Assembly: GCA_934121925.1 (NCBI GenBank)
Contig: CAKOVK010000002.1
Location: forward strand, 16,038 to 80,037
Reading direction: 5' to 3'
DNA length: 64,000 nt
Source: an uncultured Clostridia bacterium
GTDB taxonomy: Bacteria > Bacillota > Clostridia > TANB77 > CAG-508
Notes under the pieces: generated by a model
What the model saw: the letters and a program-made list of their open reading frames with translations, nothing else
Database searches by the model: none
What the model was told of the DNA's origin: nothing
Made by a program: the position numbers and the translations under genes
Shown: piece after piece, positions 11,181-20,640 of the stretch
Layout of the letters: each line of letters starts with the position of its first letter
How positions within the stretch are numbered: the first letter of the stretch is position 1

Positions 11181-12422
11181 CTAATCTATTGTTTCATCTT
11201 TTATATAATATTTTGTTCCTAACATTTTATCTGGCAAATACTGTTGCTCTACTTGATGATTTGGATAATCATGTGGATATTTATAACCTTCCCCATATCC
11301 AAAATCTTTCATTCCGGAAATCGGTGCATTTCTTATGTGCATTGGAATTTCGCCCGTATCTTTTGTTTCTACATCTTCTAAAGCTTTGTTTATGGCTAAA
11401 TATGCTGCATTTGATTTTTTTGATATTGCTACATATATTGCAGCTTCTGATAATATTATTCTTGCCTCTGGCATTCCAACGCTTGTAACTGCTTGCATTG
11501 CACTATTTGCAACAACTAAAGCTTTTGGATTTGCAAGCCCTACATCCTCTGCAGCAGCAATTACAATTCTTCTTGCAATAAATACTGGATCCTCTCCTCC
11601 TGCAATTGCTCGAGCCAAATAAAAAGCTGTCGCATCTGGGTCGCTTCCTCTCATTGATTTTATAAATGCGCTTATATTATCATAATGGCTATCTCCTGTT
11701 TTATCAAACATTGATTTCTTTTTTCCAACACATTCAGCAGCAATTTCATTTGTTATATTTATAATTCCGCTATTATCTACTGGTGTAGTAAGTACTGCTA
11801 TTTCTAAACTATTTAATGCTGTTCTTACATCTCCATTAGAAATTTCTGCTATTTTCTTTAGTGTCTCATCTTCTATATTTATATTATAATTTCCTAGTCC
11901 CTCTGGATTTTTTATTGCATTTTTTAATATTGTAAATACATTTTCGGCAGAAAGTGGTTTTAATTTAAAAACCATAGACCTTGAAATTAGAGCTTTATTA
12001 ACCTCAAAATATGGATTTTCTGTTGTAGCTCCAATTAGTATTACTGTACCATTTTCTACAAATGGAAGTAATGCATCTTGTTGCAATTTATTAAATCTAT
12101 GAATCTCATCTATAAATAATATGCATTTTCCAGTTGGATTAAGCAATGGATTTTTAGCTTCTTCTATTGCAGATTTTATATCTCCAACCCCAGAGGTTAC
12201 TGCATTTAATTTTATAAACTTATATTTAGTTGTATTACTTATAACTTTAGCTAAAGATGTTTTACCAGAACCTGTTGGCCCCCATAAAATTATGCTAGAC
12301 AGCCTATCTGCCTTTATTGTTCTATATAAAATTTTGTCTTTACCTAAAATTTCTTCTTGCCCAATAAACTCCTCTAAATTTTGTGGCCTTACACGGTGGG
12401 CTAGTGGTATATTTAAATCCAT
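11181..12422 (-). CDS. rarA: Replication-associated recombination protein A (AAA+ ATPase, MgsA/RarA)
   Basis: Walker A GPTGSGKTS, Walker B FIDEIHRFNK, and C-terminal MgsA motifs (YDNISAFIKSMRGSDPDA). Confidence 0.9.
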   Translation of the reverse strand: MDLNIPLAHRVRPQNLEEFIGQEEILGKDKILYRTIKADRLSSIILWGPTGSGKTSLAKVISNTTKYKFIKLNAVTSGVGDIKSAIEEAKNPLLNPTGKCILFIDEIHRFNKLQQDALLPFVENGTVILIGATTENPYFEVNKALISRSMVFKLKPLSAENVFTILKNAIKNPEGLGNYNINIEDETLKKIAEISNGDVRTALNSLEIAVLTTPVDNSGIINITNEIAAECVGKKKSMFDKTGDSHYDNISAFIKSMRGSDPDATAFYLARAIAGGEDPVFIARRIVIAAAEDVGLANPKALVVANSAMQAVTSVGMPEARIILSEAAIYVAISKKSNAAYLAINKALEDVETKDTGEIPMHIRNAPISGMKDFGYGEGYKYPHDYPNHQVEQQYLPDKMLGTKYYIKDETID

Positions 12423-12448
12423 GCTTGCTCCTTTCTAAAAGAAATTTC

Positions 12449-12486
12449 TAGGGACTGTCCCTAGAATTGTTCATACAAATTGCATT
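12449..12486 (+). repeat. Family A right-half fragment
   Basis: TAGGGACTGTCCCTAGAATTGTTCATACAAATTGCAT matches the right arm of A1-A3. Lies between ruvA and rarA. Confidence 0.65.
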
Positions 12487-12488
12487 TT

Positions 12489-13088
12489 TCAATTTCTTGC
12501 TAATTTTTTTAATCCTTGTTTTATTATTTCTTCTAATTGTAAATTTTTTGTATCTACATTCTCTAATGCTTTTTCTATTTCTCGTTTTGTATAACCTAAT
12601 ACTTGTAATGCCGCTATTGCTTCGCTTGTTTCTTCCTCATTTGTTATTGATAGTTTTACTTCTTCTGCTTTTGTTATTGCTTCTTCCGTTTTTAATTTAT
12701 CCTTAAGTTCTAACACTATTCTTGCTGCTGTTTTTTTACCTATTCCTGGTATTTTTACTAATTGAGATATATCATCTGATATTACAGCAAGTGCAAAACT
12801 TGATGGACTTATTTCTGAAAGCATTGCTATTGCAGATTTTGCTCCTATTCCACTTACCTGTAGTAAAAGTTCAAACATTCTTAATTCCTCATTTGTGTTA
12901 AATCCATATAAACTAATATTATCTTCTCTTACATAATAATGTGTATGAACTTTAACAATTTCTCCAATTTCTCCTAGAGTTTCTATTGCTTTTGTTGCCA
13001 TAAATATTTTGTATCCAATTCCACTTACATCTATTACAACATAATTATTTGATTTTTGCTCTAAACTACCTTTTATATATGCAAACAT
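12489..13088 (-). CDS. ruvA: Holliday junction branch migration complex subunit RuvA
   Basis: MFAYIKGSL...VIDVSGIGYKIF..., HhH motifs (VSGIGAKSAIAML, IPGIGKKTAARI). Confidence 0.92.
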   Translation of the reverse strand: MFAYIKGSLEQKSNNYVVIDVSGIGYKIFMATKAIETLGEIGEIVKVHTHYYVREDNISLYGFNTNEELRMFELLLQVSGIGAKSAIAMLSEISPSSFALAVISDDISQLVKIPGIGKKTAARIVLELKDKLKTEEAITKAEEVKLSITNEEETSEAIAALQVLGYTKREIEKALENVDTKNLQLEEIIKQGLKKLARN

Positions 13089-13432
13089 TTAGCTCTCTCC
13101 TTGCAAACAAATTTTCTGTATGTATTTTATCATATTAAATTTATTTTGCAATAGTTTAATCAAAATTTTCATTCACAGAGCAAATTATATTTTACTTGAC
13201 ATAGATATGATTAACTAATAATACTCAATCAAATACCCCTAAACTTTTGTAAAGCTTAGGGGGGCTTTTATTTACAGCACTTTACTTTTATGTAAATTTA
13301 TGATATTATTTTTTTGCTATTAATGCCTTGCATTAATTTTATATAAATTCTTTTAAAAAATTTAGAAAGGAGTATTCATTATTAAAAATAATTTAGGACA
13401 TATTTTTTTACATCTTAAGGAGGAATTATTTT

Positions 13433-13906
13433 ATGGAAAAATTAAAAAAGTCCCAGGACAACATGTTAAAATTGCTCAATGCATTTTTAATTTTATCAGT
13501 ATTTATTGGTTTTATTATTGGTTTTTTTATTTGTTTTACTATCTTCAATGCTCACTTCGATACTACACCTGCTTCTCAGGAAGATTTTGCGCCTTTGTAT
13601 GATCAAAAGCAATTATTGGAAACTGACTTTTCTTCAATTTTGAATATGGAAAATGTAGAATTTACTTCTTCTGGCAGTTCAAAAGTAGTAACATTAACTT
13701 CTAAAAAATGTAATTTAATTATAACTTTTGATAATAAGCTTAATGTCACTTCCACTAGAGAAAAAGATAATTCTACCCCCGTAATTCAAGCTGTTGCCTT
13801 GTCCTGCTGTATAGGATTTTTTTGCGCGTTTTTACTGCCAGTAATTGTTTATGGCATCTTGCTTTACATTTTACCCAAATCAATCAAAGAAAATCCAGAA
13901 AAATAA
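13433..13906 (+). CDS. Hypothetical membrane protein
   Basis: 157 aa ORF with AAGGAGG RBS and N- and C-terminal TM helices. Confidence 0.55.
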   Translation: MEKLKKSQDNMLKLLNAFLILSVFIGFIIGFFICFTIFNAHFDTTPASQEDFAPLYDQKQLLETDFSSILNMENVEFTSSGSSKVVTLTSKKCNLIITFDNKLNVTSTREKDNSTPVIQAVALSCCIGFFCAFLLPVIVYGILLYILPKSIKENPEK

Positions 13907-13926
13907 TATCTAAATTATTTTTAAGC

Positions 13927-13956
13927 AAAACGGAAATGCAATGCATTTCCGTTTTT
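13927..13956. terminator. Bidirectional hairpin terminator between convergent genes
   Basis: AAAACGGAAATGCA/TGCATTTCCGTTTT is a perfect palindrome flanked by A and T runs. Confidence 0.75.
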
Positions 13957-13964
13957 GTTTCATT

Positions 13965-15788
13965 TTATTCTACTGTAACTGATTTTGCTAAATTTCTTGG
14001 TTTATCTACATCTAAGCCTTTTTCTTTAGAAATATAATATGAAAGTACTTGCATTGGTATTACAGAAAGTATTGGTGATATAAATGGATTTGTTTTTGGT
14101 ATTTTAATTACTGTATCAAATCCATCATTCTTTATATCTTCACTTGTAATTAGAAGTACTTTTGCACCTCTTGTTACTACCTCTTGAACATTGCTTATTG
14201 ATTTTTCTACTAATCTTTTATCTGTCATTGTAGCAACTACTGTTATTCCGTTTTCTATTAGAGCTATTGGACCGTGTTTTAATTCACCTGATGCATATGC
14301 TTCTGAATGAATATATGAGATTTCTTTTAGTTTTAGTGAACCTTCCAAGCTTACTGCATAGTCTGTTCCTCTTCCTAAAAAGAACATATCTTTTTCTTTA
14401 TATACTTTTTTAGCAAATTTTTTTATTTCTTTTAAGTCTTTTAATATCTCTTCTACTTGTGATGGTAATTTTAATATATCTTTTTTTAGTTCTTTTATTT
14501 CTTCTAAATCTGCTACTTCCAATTTTTCTGCAAAATATAAGCCTACTATACTAAGAAGTACTACTTGTGATGTATATGCTTTTGTTGAAGCTACTGCTAT
14601 TTCTGGTCCTGCGTGTGTATATATTGAATGGTCTGCTTCTCTTGTTATTGAGCTTCCTATCACATTTGATATTGCAAGGGTTTTTGCTCCTTTTGATTTT
14701 GCAAGTTTTAATGCAGCTATTGTATCTGCCGTTTCTCCTGATTGACTAATATATATAGCAAGTGTTTTATCATTTACTATTGGATCCCTATATCTAAATT
14801 CTGAAGCAATATCTACCTCTACTGGAATTTTGCAAAGTCTCTCAAATATAGTTTTTGCTACTAACCCTGCATGCATTGCAGTTCCACATGCTACTATATA
14901 TATTTTATTTAAACTTTCTAAATATTCTTTTGTAAAATTTAAATCCTCTATTTCTATATGACCATTATCTAATTTGGCACCAATTGTTTCTCTTATTGCA
15001 TTTGGTTGTTCATTTATTTCTTTCAACATAAAGTCTTCGTAACCATCTTTTTCTGCACTAGCTGCTCCCCACTCTATACTTTTTATTGGTTTGTCTATTT
15101 TATTTAAATCTTTATCATAAAAGGTTGCATTATCCTTTGTAAGCTCTACAATCTCGTTATCATCTAAAAGGTAAAAATCTTTTGTGTAAGAAAGTATTGC
15201 TGGTATATCTGATGATATATAATTTTCTCCATTTCCCTTTCCTATAACAAGTGGGCTATCTTTTCTTACAACAAACATTTTATCACTTTCGGCAACTGCT
15301 AATATTTCTAACGCATAGCTTCCTTTTAAATCATCGCATGTATTTTTTATTGCTTTTAACACATCATTTTCTTTTTTAAAATAGTAATGTATTAAATTTG
15401 GTATAGTTTCTGTATCTGTTTGTGATGAAAATGTGTATCCTTTTTCTATTAAAAAGTTCCTTAATTCATGATAGTTTTCTATTATTCCATTATGGACAAC
15501 TGCAAAAGAACCTGAATTATCCAATTGAGGATGTGAATTTTCTTTTGATGGTCTTCCGTGTGTTGCCCATCTTGTATGAGCAATACCTGTTGTTGCTTTT
15601 AAAGAATCTATTCCTTCTAAATTATATAAATTATTAACTCTTCCTTTGTCTTTTTTTACAACAATATTGTTTCCTTCCATTACAGCAATTCCTGCTGAAT
15701 CATAACCTCTATACTCTAATCTTAAAAGTCCATTAATTAATATAGGTGTTGCTTTTTTATCCCCTATATAACCTACAATTCCACACAT
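13965..15788 (-). CDS. glmS: Glutamine--fructose-6-phosphate aminotransferase
   Basis: MCGIVGYIG N-terminal nucleophile, SIS domains, C-terminal ...LAKSVTVE. Confidence 0.96.
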   Translation of the reverse strand: MCGIVGYIGDKKATPILINGLLRLEYRGYDSAGIAVMEGNNIVVKKDKGRVNNLYNLEGIDSLKATTGIAHTRWATHGRPSKENSHPQLDNSGSFAVVHNGIIENYHELRNFLIEKGYTFSSQTDTETIPNLIHYYFKKENDVLKAIKNTCDDLKGSYALEILAVAESDKMFVVRKDSPLVIGKGNGENYISSDIPAILSYTKDFYLLDDNEIVELTKDNATFYDKDLNKIDKPIKSIEWGAASAEKDGYEDFMLKEINEQPNAIRETIGAKLDNGHIEIEDLNFTKEYLESLNKIYIVACGTAMHAGLVAKTIFERLCKIPVEVDIASEFRYRDPIVNDKTLAIYISQSGETADTIAALKLAKSKGAKTLAISNVIGSSITREADHSIYTHAGPEIAVASTKAYTSQVVLLSIVGLYFAEKLEVADLEEIKELKKDILKLPSQVEEILKDLKEIKKFAKKVYKEKDMFFLGRGTDYAVSLEGSLKLKEISYIHSEAYASGELKHGPIALIENGITVVATMTDKRLVEKSISNVQEVVTRGAKVLLITSEDIKNDGFDTVIKIPKTNPFISPILSVIPMQVLSYYISKEKGLDVDKPRNLAKSVTVE

Positions 15789-15844
15789 AGTGTACCTCCT
15801 AAAAAAAATTAAAATGGAATTGAAAGTATTTTTAGTAAAATAAG

Positions 15845-15985
15845 GTTTATATTACTTTTGTTCTAATATTGCTATTAATATTTGTGTAATATTTAATGAC
15901 AACCTTCTTGCCATAGAACCATCCGCCGACCTTTTCGATAAGTTCTAATCCTCGTCAACAATATATTATATTGTCCTGGCGCTAT
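15845..15985 (-). ncRNA. glmS ribozyme: glmS ribozyme in the glmS 5' leader
   Basis: Minus-strand leader reads A|GCGCCAGGAC...GACGAGGA...TTATCGAA...GGTCGGCGGATG, matching the conserved glmS ribozyme core and cleavage-site sequence. The 3' boundary is approximate. Confidence 0.8.
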
Positions 15986-16088
15986 ATTTTAATCTCTGCT
16001 CCTTTCTTTTAATTTTATTTACTTAAAAAATCTTTCAATACTGTATTATATTACACTAATATTTATTTTGAAGCAAGTCTTTTTTAAA

Positions 16089-16197
16089 AATTGTAATTTG
16101 TTCAGTTCCGAGGGAATTCAGGACAGTCCCCAAAATCCCCAGGCTTGGTGATTTTAAGGGACAGTTCCTAGAATCCCCCCTAACACAAATTCCAATT
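16089..16197 (+). repeat. Family A MITE-like element, copy A2
   Basis: AATTGTAATTTGTTCAGTTCCGAGGGAATTCAGGACAGTCCCCAAAATCCCCAGGCTTGGTGATTTTAAGGGACAGTTCCTAGAATCCCCCCTAACACAAATTCCAATT. Confidence 0.85.
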
Positions 16198-16284
16198 TAT
16201 CTTACCAATTTTTAAAATATATTTTACAATTTTGTGCTGTTATGTTATTATATATTTGGTTATACTATGAATAAGGAGTAATTT

Positions 16285-16794
16285 ATGAAAAATTATTATG
16301 AAATTTTAGAAGTAAGTGAAAATGCTTCTACTGAAGTAATAGATAGAGCTTATAAAGTTCTTGCAAAAAAATATCATCCCGATACTTGGCCCAGAGATAA
16401 AGCTTATTGGGCAGAAAGCAAATTTAAAGAACTCTCAGAAGCATATCAAGTTTTGTCCGATCCATCTTTAAGAATGAAATACGATATAAAAATAGGTCTA
16501 AAAAACAATTCTAATGATAATAGTTATGATTACTTAAAATTCGAAGAAGAACCTTTGAATAATGCTAAGTATGATGCTCAACCAAATGATGTAAATAGAT
16601 TCGTAAAACCAAATATAACATATTTTAAAAGATATGCAAATGATATTCAAACTTTATTAAAAAATGAAAAACAGAAAAGTTCTGAAGAACGCTCTAAAGA
16701 TTTAAAAGCTTTAATTTTAACAATAATTATAATCGCATTTTTATTATTTATTTTTTGGAAAGTACCATTCTTAAAAAATTTTTTATTTTCATAA
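16285..16794 (+). CDS. J-domain (DnaJ-like) protein with a C-terminal TM anchor
   Basis: [31 protein letters not shown] with HPD motif. C-terminal [15 protein letters not shown]. Confidence 0.8.
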   Translation: MKNYYEILEVSENASTEVIDRAYKVLAKKYHPDTWPRDKAYWAESKFKELSEAYQVLSDPSLRMKYDIKIGLKNNSNDNSYDYLKFEEEPLNNAKYDAQPNDVNRFVKPNITYFKRYANDIQTLLKNEKQKSSEERSKDLKALILTIIIIAFLLFIFWKVPFLKNFLFS

Positions 16795-16895
16795 TATGTG
16801 GGAATATTTTTTATATCTTTACTAATAATACTATTACAAGCGCAAATATTTTAGTAAATATTTATTTATAAGTTTCTGTAAAGTTATACCTATTA

Positions 16896-17252
16896 ATGCT
16901 ATATTCAAATAAAAAAAGAGGTGCAGATATGGCATTAGATTATAATATTATTGGTGAAAGATTGAAACAAGCAAGACTAAACAAAAAGTTAACTCAAGAG
17001 AAACTAGCAGAACAGTTAGACGTTTCTGTTGCTTTTTTGAGTAGATTAGAACGTGGCAATTCTTTTATAAGTTTAAAAAGATTAAATCAAATATGCTCTA
17101 TATTAGAAGTTTCTGAAGGAGAAATTTTAAATGGAGTTTCTAAGGATTCTCATTCTTATTTAAATAAGGACTTTTCTAATTTATTAAAAAATTGTCCTCC
17201 AGAAAAAATAAGTCTTATATATAATATTGCAAAAGTAATTATAGATAGTTAA
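16896..17252 (+). CDS. XRE-family helix-turn-helix regulator
   Basis: LTQEKLAEQLDVSVAFLSRLERG. The likely true start is MALDYNIIG at 16929. Confidence 0.75.
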   Translation: MLYSNKKRGADMALDYNIIGERLKQARLNKKLTQEKLAEQLDVSVAFLSRLERGNSFISLKRLNQICSILEVSEGEILNGVSKDSHSYLNKDFSNLLKNCPPEKISLIYNIAKVIIDS

Positions 17253-17377
17253 TTTGTCTCTTCTGTAGTCGATTTAAATCGGCTATTTTTTGTTTAATAG
17301 AAAACTTAAAAACTTTAATAAACATTTTTCTTGTTAAACTATTTATTTTTTTAAAATTTTATTATATAATATTATAT

Positions 17378-17845
17378 GTGACAATTATTTTTGGAGGAAT
17401 TTATATGTGGAGTTTTTGGTTAATTGCTGCTGGTATTTTCTTTATAATTGAAATTGTAACTGTTGGTTTTCTAATTTTTTGGTTAGGAATCGGCTCACTC
17501 TTTGCAATGGTTGCTAGTTTTTTCACAGATAGCATTGTTGCTCAAACAGTAGTTTTTGTTGTAACTTCTGCTATATTAATTCCACTTACAAAACCTTTTG
17601 CTGACAAATTCACTGGCAAAGAAACTATCCCAACTAATACCTATTCACTTATAAACAAACATGGTATAGTCATTACAGAAATTAATTCTATAGAAGGAAC
17701 AGGTCTTGTAAAAGTAAACGGAGAAACTTGGTCTGCTAAATCTGAGGATGAATCAATTATTGCAAAAGATACAGAAGTAGAAGTCTTATCAATAGATGGA
17801 GTAAAATTAATTGTTAAACCAATTAAAATAAGCTCTGTTTTATAA
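17378..17845 (+). CDS. NfeD-family membrane protein
   Basis: N-terminal TM helices plus a C-terminal OB-like domain (GLVKVNGETWSAKS). Sits upstream of an SPFH gene, the classic pairing. Confidence 0.8.
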   Translation: MTIIFGGIYMWSFWLIAAGIFFIIEIVTVGFLIFWLGIGSLFAMVASFFTDSIVAQTVVFVVTSAILIPLTKPFADKFTGKETIPTNTYSLINKHGIVITEINSIEGTGLVKVNGETWSAKSEDESIIAKDTEVEVLSIDGVKLIVKPIKISSVL

Positions 17846-17890
17846 TTAGTTATTAACATTTTAAATATATATTTTTTAGGAGGAGTTAAA

Positions 17891-18799
17891 ATGCCGTTTT
17901 TAATTATACTATTAGTTATAATTCTTATTATAGCAGTAAAATCTATTAAAGTTGTTAGGCAATCTGAAGTTTATATCATAGAAAGACTTGGTAAATTTCA
18001 TAAGATTGCTGATGCCGGACTTACTATAATCATTCCTTTTGTTGATCATGTAAGAAGCGTTGTAAGTTTAAAAGAACAAACAATGGATATCCCACCACAA
18101 GGAGTTATTACAGAAGACAACGTTACAATTACAATAGACACAGTTGTGTTCTATCAAATAACAGATCCTGCAAAAGCAGTATATGAAATTCAATCTTTAA
18201 AAAGAGGTATTGAATATTTAGCAATTACAACTATTCGTGATATAGTTGGTAAAATGAATTTGGACTCAACATTTAGTTCAAGAGACTTAATAAATAATCA
18301 ATTAAGAATATTACTTGATGAAGCAACAGATAAATGGGGCTGTAAAGTAAACAGAGTTGAAATTAAAGATATTAGACCACCAGAAGATATTAGAGATGCA
18401 ATGGAAAAACAAATGAATGCAGAAAGAAATAAAAGAGCTGCTATTCTTCAAGCAGAAGGTGAAAAACAAGCTGCTATTACAATTGCAGAAGGTGAAAAAG
18501 AAGCAGCCATTCTTCAAGCAGAAGCTGATAAAGAAGCAAAAATAAGAAGAGCTGCCGGTGAAGCTGAAGCTATTCGTGAAGTTGCTAAAGCTAAGGCCAA
18601 AGAAATTGAAATGGTTTATGAATCAATAAAAAATGCAAATCCTGATGATAAACTAGTTCAATTAAAATCTTTAGAAGCTCTACAAGAGGTTGCTAAAGGA
18701 GAAGCTAACAAAGTATTTATTCCTTTTGAAGCAACAGGTGCACTTGCAAGCTTAGGTTCTATTAAAGAAGTTATGAAGGATGAAAAAAATAAAAAATAA
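17891..18799 (+). CDS. SPFH/band 7 (stomatin/slipin-like) protein
   Basis: VVRQSEVYIIERLGKFHK..., an Ala/Glu-rich coiled-coil tail, and the NfeD partner upstream. Confidence 0.88.
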   Translation: MPFLIILLVIILIIAVKSIKVVRQSEVYIIERLGKFHKIADAGLTIIIPFVDHVRSVVSLKEQTMDIPPQGVITEDNVTITIDTVVFYQITDPAKAVYEIQSLKRGIEYLAITTIRDIVGKMNLDSTFSSRDLINNQLRILLDEATDKWGCKVNRVEIKDIRPPEDIRDAMEKQMNAERNKRAAILQAEGEKQAAITIAEGEKEAAILQAEADKEAKIRRAAGEAEAIREVAKAKAKEIEMVYESIKNANPDDKLVQLKSLEALQEVAKGEANKVFIPFEATGALASLGSIKEVMKDEKNKK

Positions 18800-18814
18800 T
18801 GTAGAAAATGTAAA

Positions 18815-18847
18815 AGCAGAAGATTTGAAAATCTTCTGTTTTTTTAT
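18815..18847 (+). terminator. Rho-independent terminator
   Basis: GCAGAAGATTT-loop-AAATCTTCTG followed by a T run. Confidence 0.7.
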
Positions 18848-18850
18848 ATA

Positions 18851-18944
18851 CTATAATTACTATTGCCTTTGAGAGTTTCCCCCATTACATTTGGGAGCTC
18901 AAGTCGACAAAAGAGAACAAAGCGACTTAACTCGCTTTGTTCTC
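18851..18944 (-). repeat. Family D composite element, copy D2 (inverted orientation)
   Basis: Ends with the GAGAACAAAGCGACTTAACTCGCTTTGTTCTC hairpin. The preceding ATTGCCTTTGAGAGTTTCCCCCATTACATTTGGGAGCTCAAGTCGAC is the reverse complement of the D3/D4 extension. Abuts the mazF stop. Confidence 0.75.
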
Positions 18945-18951
18945 ATGTTCA

Positions 18952-19311
18952 CTATTCCTCTAGTCCAAAACTCACTCCGAGTGCATCATTTATTTTATTC
19001 ATAACAAATCTATCATCTATATGCCCTATTTTTTCTTTTAGTCTACTCTTATCTATTGTTCTTATTTGCTCTGTTAATACTACTGAATCTGCTTTTAGTC
19101 CAAATTCCTTTGAATCTAATTCTATATGAGTTGGAAGTTTATTTTTATTCAGTTGTGATGTTATTGCTGATACTATTACTGTTGGACTATATTTATTTCC
19201 AGTATCATTTTGTATTACTAATACTGGCCTTATTCCCCCTTGCTCGGAACCTATAACTGGACTTAAATCTGCATAAAACATATCTCCTCTTTTTATCATC
19301 ATATTCTTCAC
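18952..19311 (-). CDS. mazF: MazF/PemK (EndoA-like) endoribonuclease toxin
   Basis: [31 protein letters not shown]...[11 protein letters not shown]...LPTHIEL closely matches the EndoA/MazF signature. Confidence 0.88.
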   Translation of the reverse strand: MKNMMIKRGDMFYADLSPVIGSEQGGIRPVLVIQNDTGNKYSPTVIVSAITSQLNKNKLPTHIELDSKEFGLKADSVVLTEQIRTIDKSRLKEKIGHIDDRFVMNKINDALGVSFGLEE

Positions 19312-19384
19312 TCCTGCAATTTTTTGTATTTCATTTAATCCATATATTTTAGATATGAGTTCGAGAATAAGAATATAAATTTAC

Positions 19385-20050
19385 TTATATATCATTTGAA
19401 TTTTCTTTTAGCTTAAAAGCTAACACATCTTCCTTTTGTAAATTATTTATTTTTATCTCATTATATAATATGTAAATTACAGTTTTTTGTGTTACATCTT
19501 TTATCTCTAATCTTGTTGGTAGTCCTGTAGATTTATTAAAATATAATTTCTTGTATGCAACATATTTATTACCATTTTTTATTTTTACTTCTAGTATTAT
19601 TTCTTCATTTTCTTCAGATAGACTTGTTTCATTTGATTCTTTATAATCATCTATAAAGCTTTTTAACGTTATTATATTTTCTCCTACATATGGATAGTTT
19701 TCATATATTTTGCTTAAATTCAATTTACTATTTTCTATCTTTAAGTTTGTTCCATCATATACAAAAACCATCCCGCTTAGATTTTCTGGTTCTACTATTT
19801 CTCTCTTATATACGTTACTATCATTGCTATATTTTTCTTTTACAATATAATTATTAGTATTCTTGTTGGATTCTACTGTAATTGTTTCTTGTATTTCATA
19901 TGAGCTTATACCCAAAATATATTGTTCAACCTCTTCAGCTGATTTGTTACTCATATTATTTCCAAATTTTATTTTTTTATAATTAGTTTTTATAAAAAAA
20001 GCAATTATTACAACAATTATTATTGTTATAATAGTAATTATCTTTTTCAT
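19385..20050 (-). CDS. LolA-like/GerS-like membrane-anchored protein
   Basis: N-terminal TM/signal anchor, then a beta-rich domain of about 190 aa. Its position next to mazF recalls the gerS locus of Clostridioides difficile. Assignment is tentative. Confidence 0.45.
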   Translation of the reverse strand: MKKIITIITIIIVVIIAFFIKTNYKKIKFGNNMSNKSAEEVEQYILGISSYEIQETITVESNKNTNNYIVKEKYSNDSNVYKREIVEPENLSGMVFVYDGTNLKIENSKLNLSKIYENYPYVGENIITLKSFIDDYKESNETSLSEENEEIILEVKIKNGNKYVAYKKLYFNKSTGLPTRLEIKDVTQKTVIYILYNEIKINNLQKEDVLAFKLKENSNDI

Positions 20051-20151
20051 TTTTGATTACCTCCTTATAATTTAAAATTGTAATTTGCTTAACTTTTTAT
20101 TTGCTCTATGTTAAACGAGCTATAAATTTAAACTGCCTCATTCTTTGTCGG

Positions 20152-20292
20152 ATTAATGAAAAATTTATTTTTCATTAATTTGTTCAAAGATAACACTATT
20201 AATTTTTACAAACAATGTGTCGACAGCCCTTTGAGGCGGGGAAATACCCGTGAGCTTGGAGACCATTGTTTTTAAAATTAATATGTTATCTT
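20152..20292. repeat. Two long AT-rich hairpins with a GC-rich apical segment
   Basis: ATTAATGAAAAAT/ATTTTTCATTAAT is a perfect 13-bp stem. AAGATAACACTATTAATTTTTACAAACAATG pairs with CATTGTTTTTAAAATTAATATGTTATCTT around GTCGACAGCCCTTTGAGGCGGGGAAATACCCGTGAGCTTGGAGAC. Confidence 0.7.
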
Positions 20293-20343
20293 ATTTAATT
20301 AATCTAACCAAAATTAAAATATGAAAAATTCCAAAAATTGCTC

Positions 20344-20474
20344 AAAACAAAGCGACTTGGGTCGCCCTTTGTTCTCGCCGATTTGAGTTTCCGAATGAAA
20401 TGAGGAAATCTCAAAGGCAATAGCGATTATAGCATTTTTATATACTAGGAAATGAGAAATTTCCTAGTATATAA
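20344..20474 (+). repeat. Family D composite element, copy D3 (three hairpins)
   Basis: AACAAAGCGACTTGGGTCGCCCTTTGTTCTCGCCGATTTGAGTTTCCGAATGAAATGAGGAAATCTCAAAGGCAATAGCGATTATAGCATT plus TATACTAGGAAAT...ATTTCCTAGTATA. About 90 percent identical by eye to 60813-60946. Confidence 0.85.
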
Positions 20475-20640
20475 GAAAGGCATTTTGCTAAATATGCCTT
20501 CGAAGAAAGTGCAAAATACATGCCACTCGCTTTGCTCGGGCAGAGCTAAGGAAGCCTAGCCTTGTTGTATACGCAAAAATCTTCGATTTTTCCTATACAA
20601 TAAAAAAGAATAGCTAATTGCTATTCTTTTTTATATTTAT

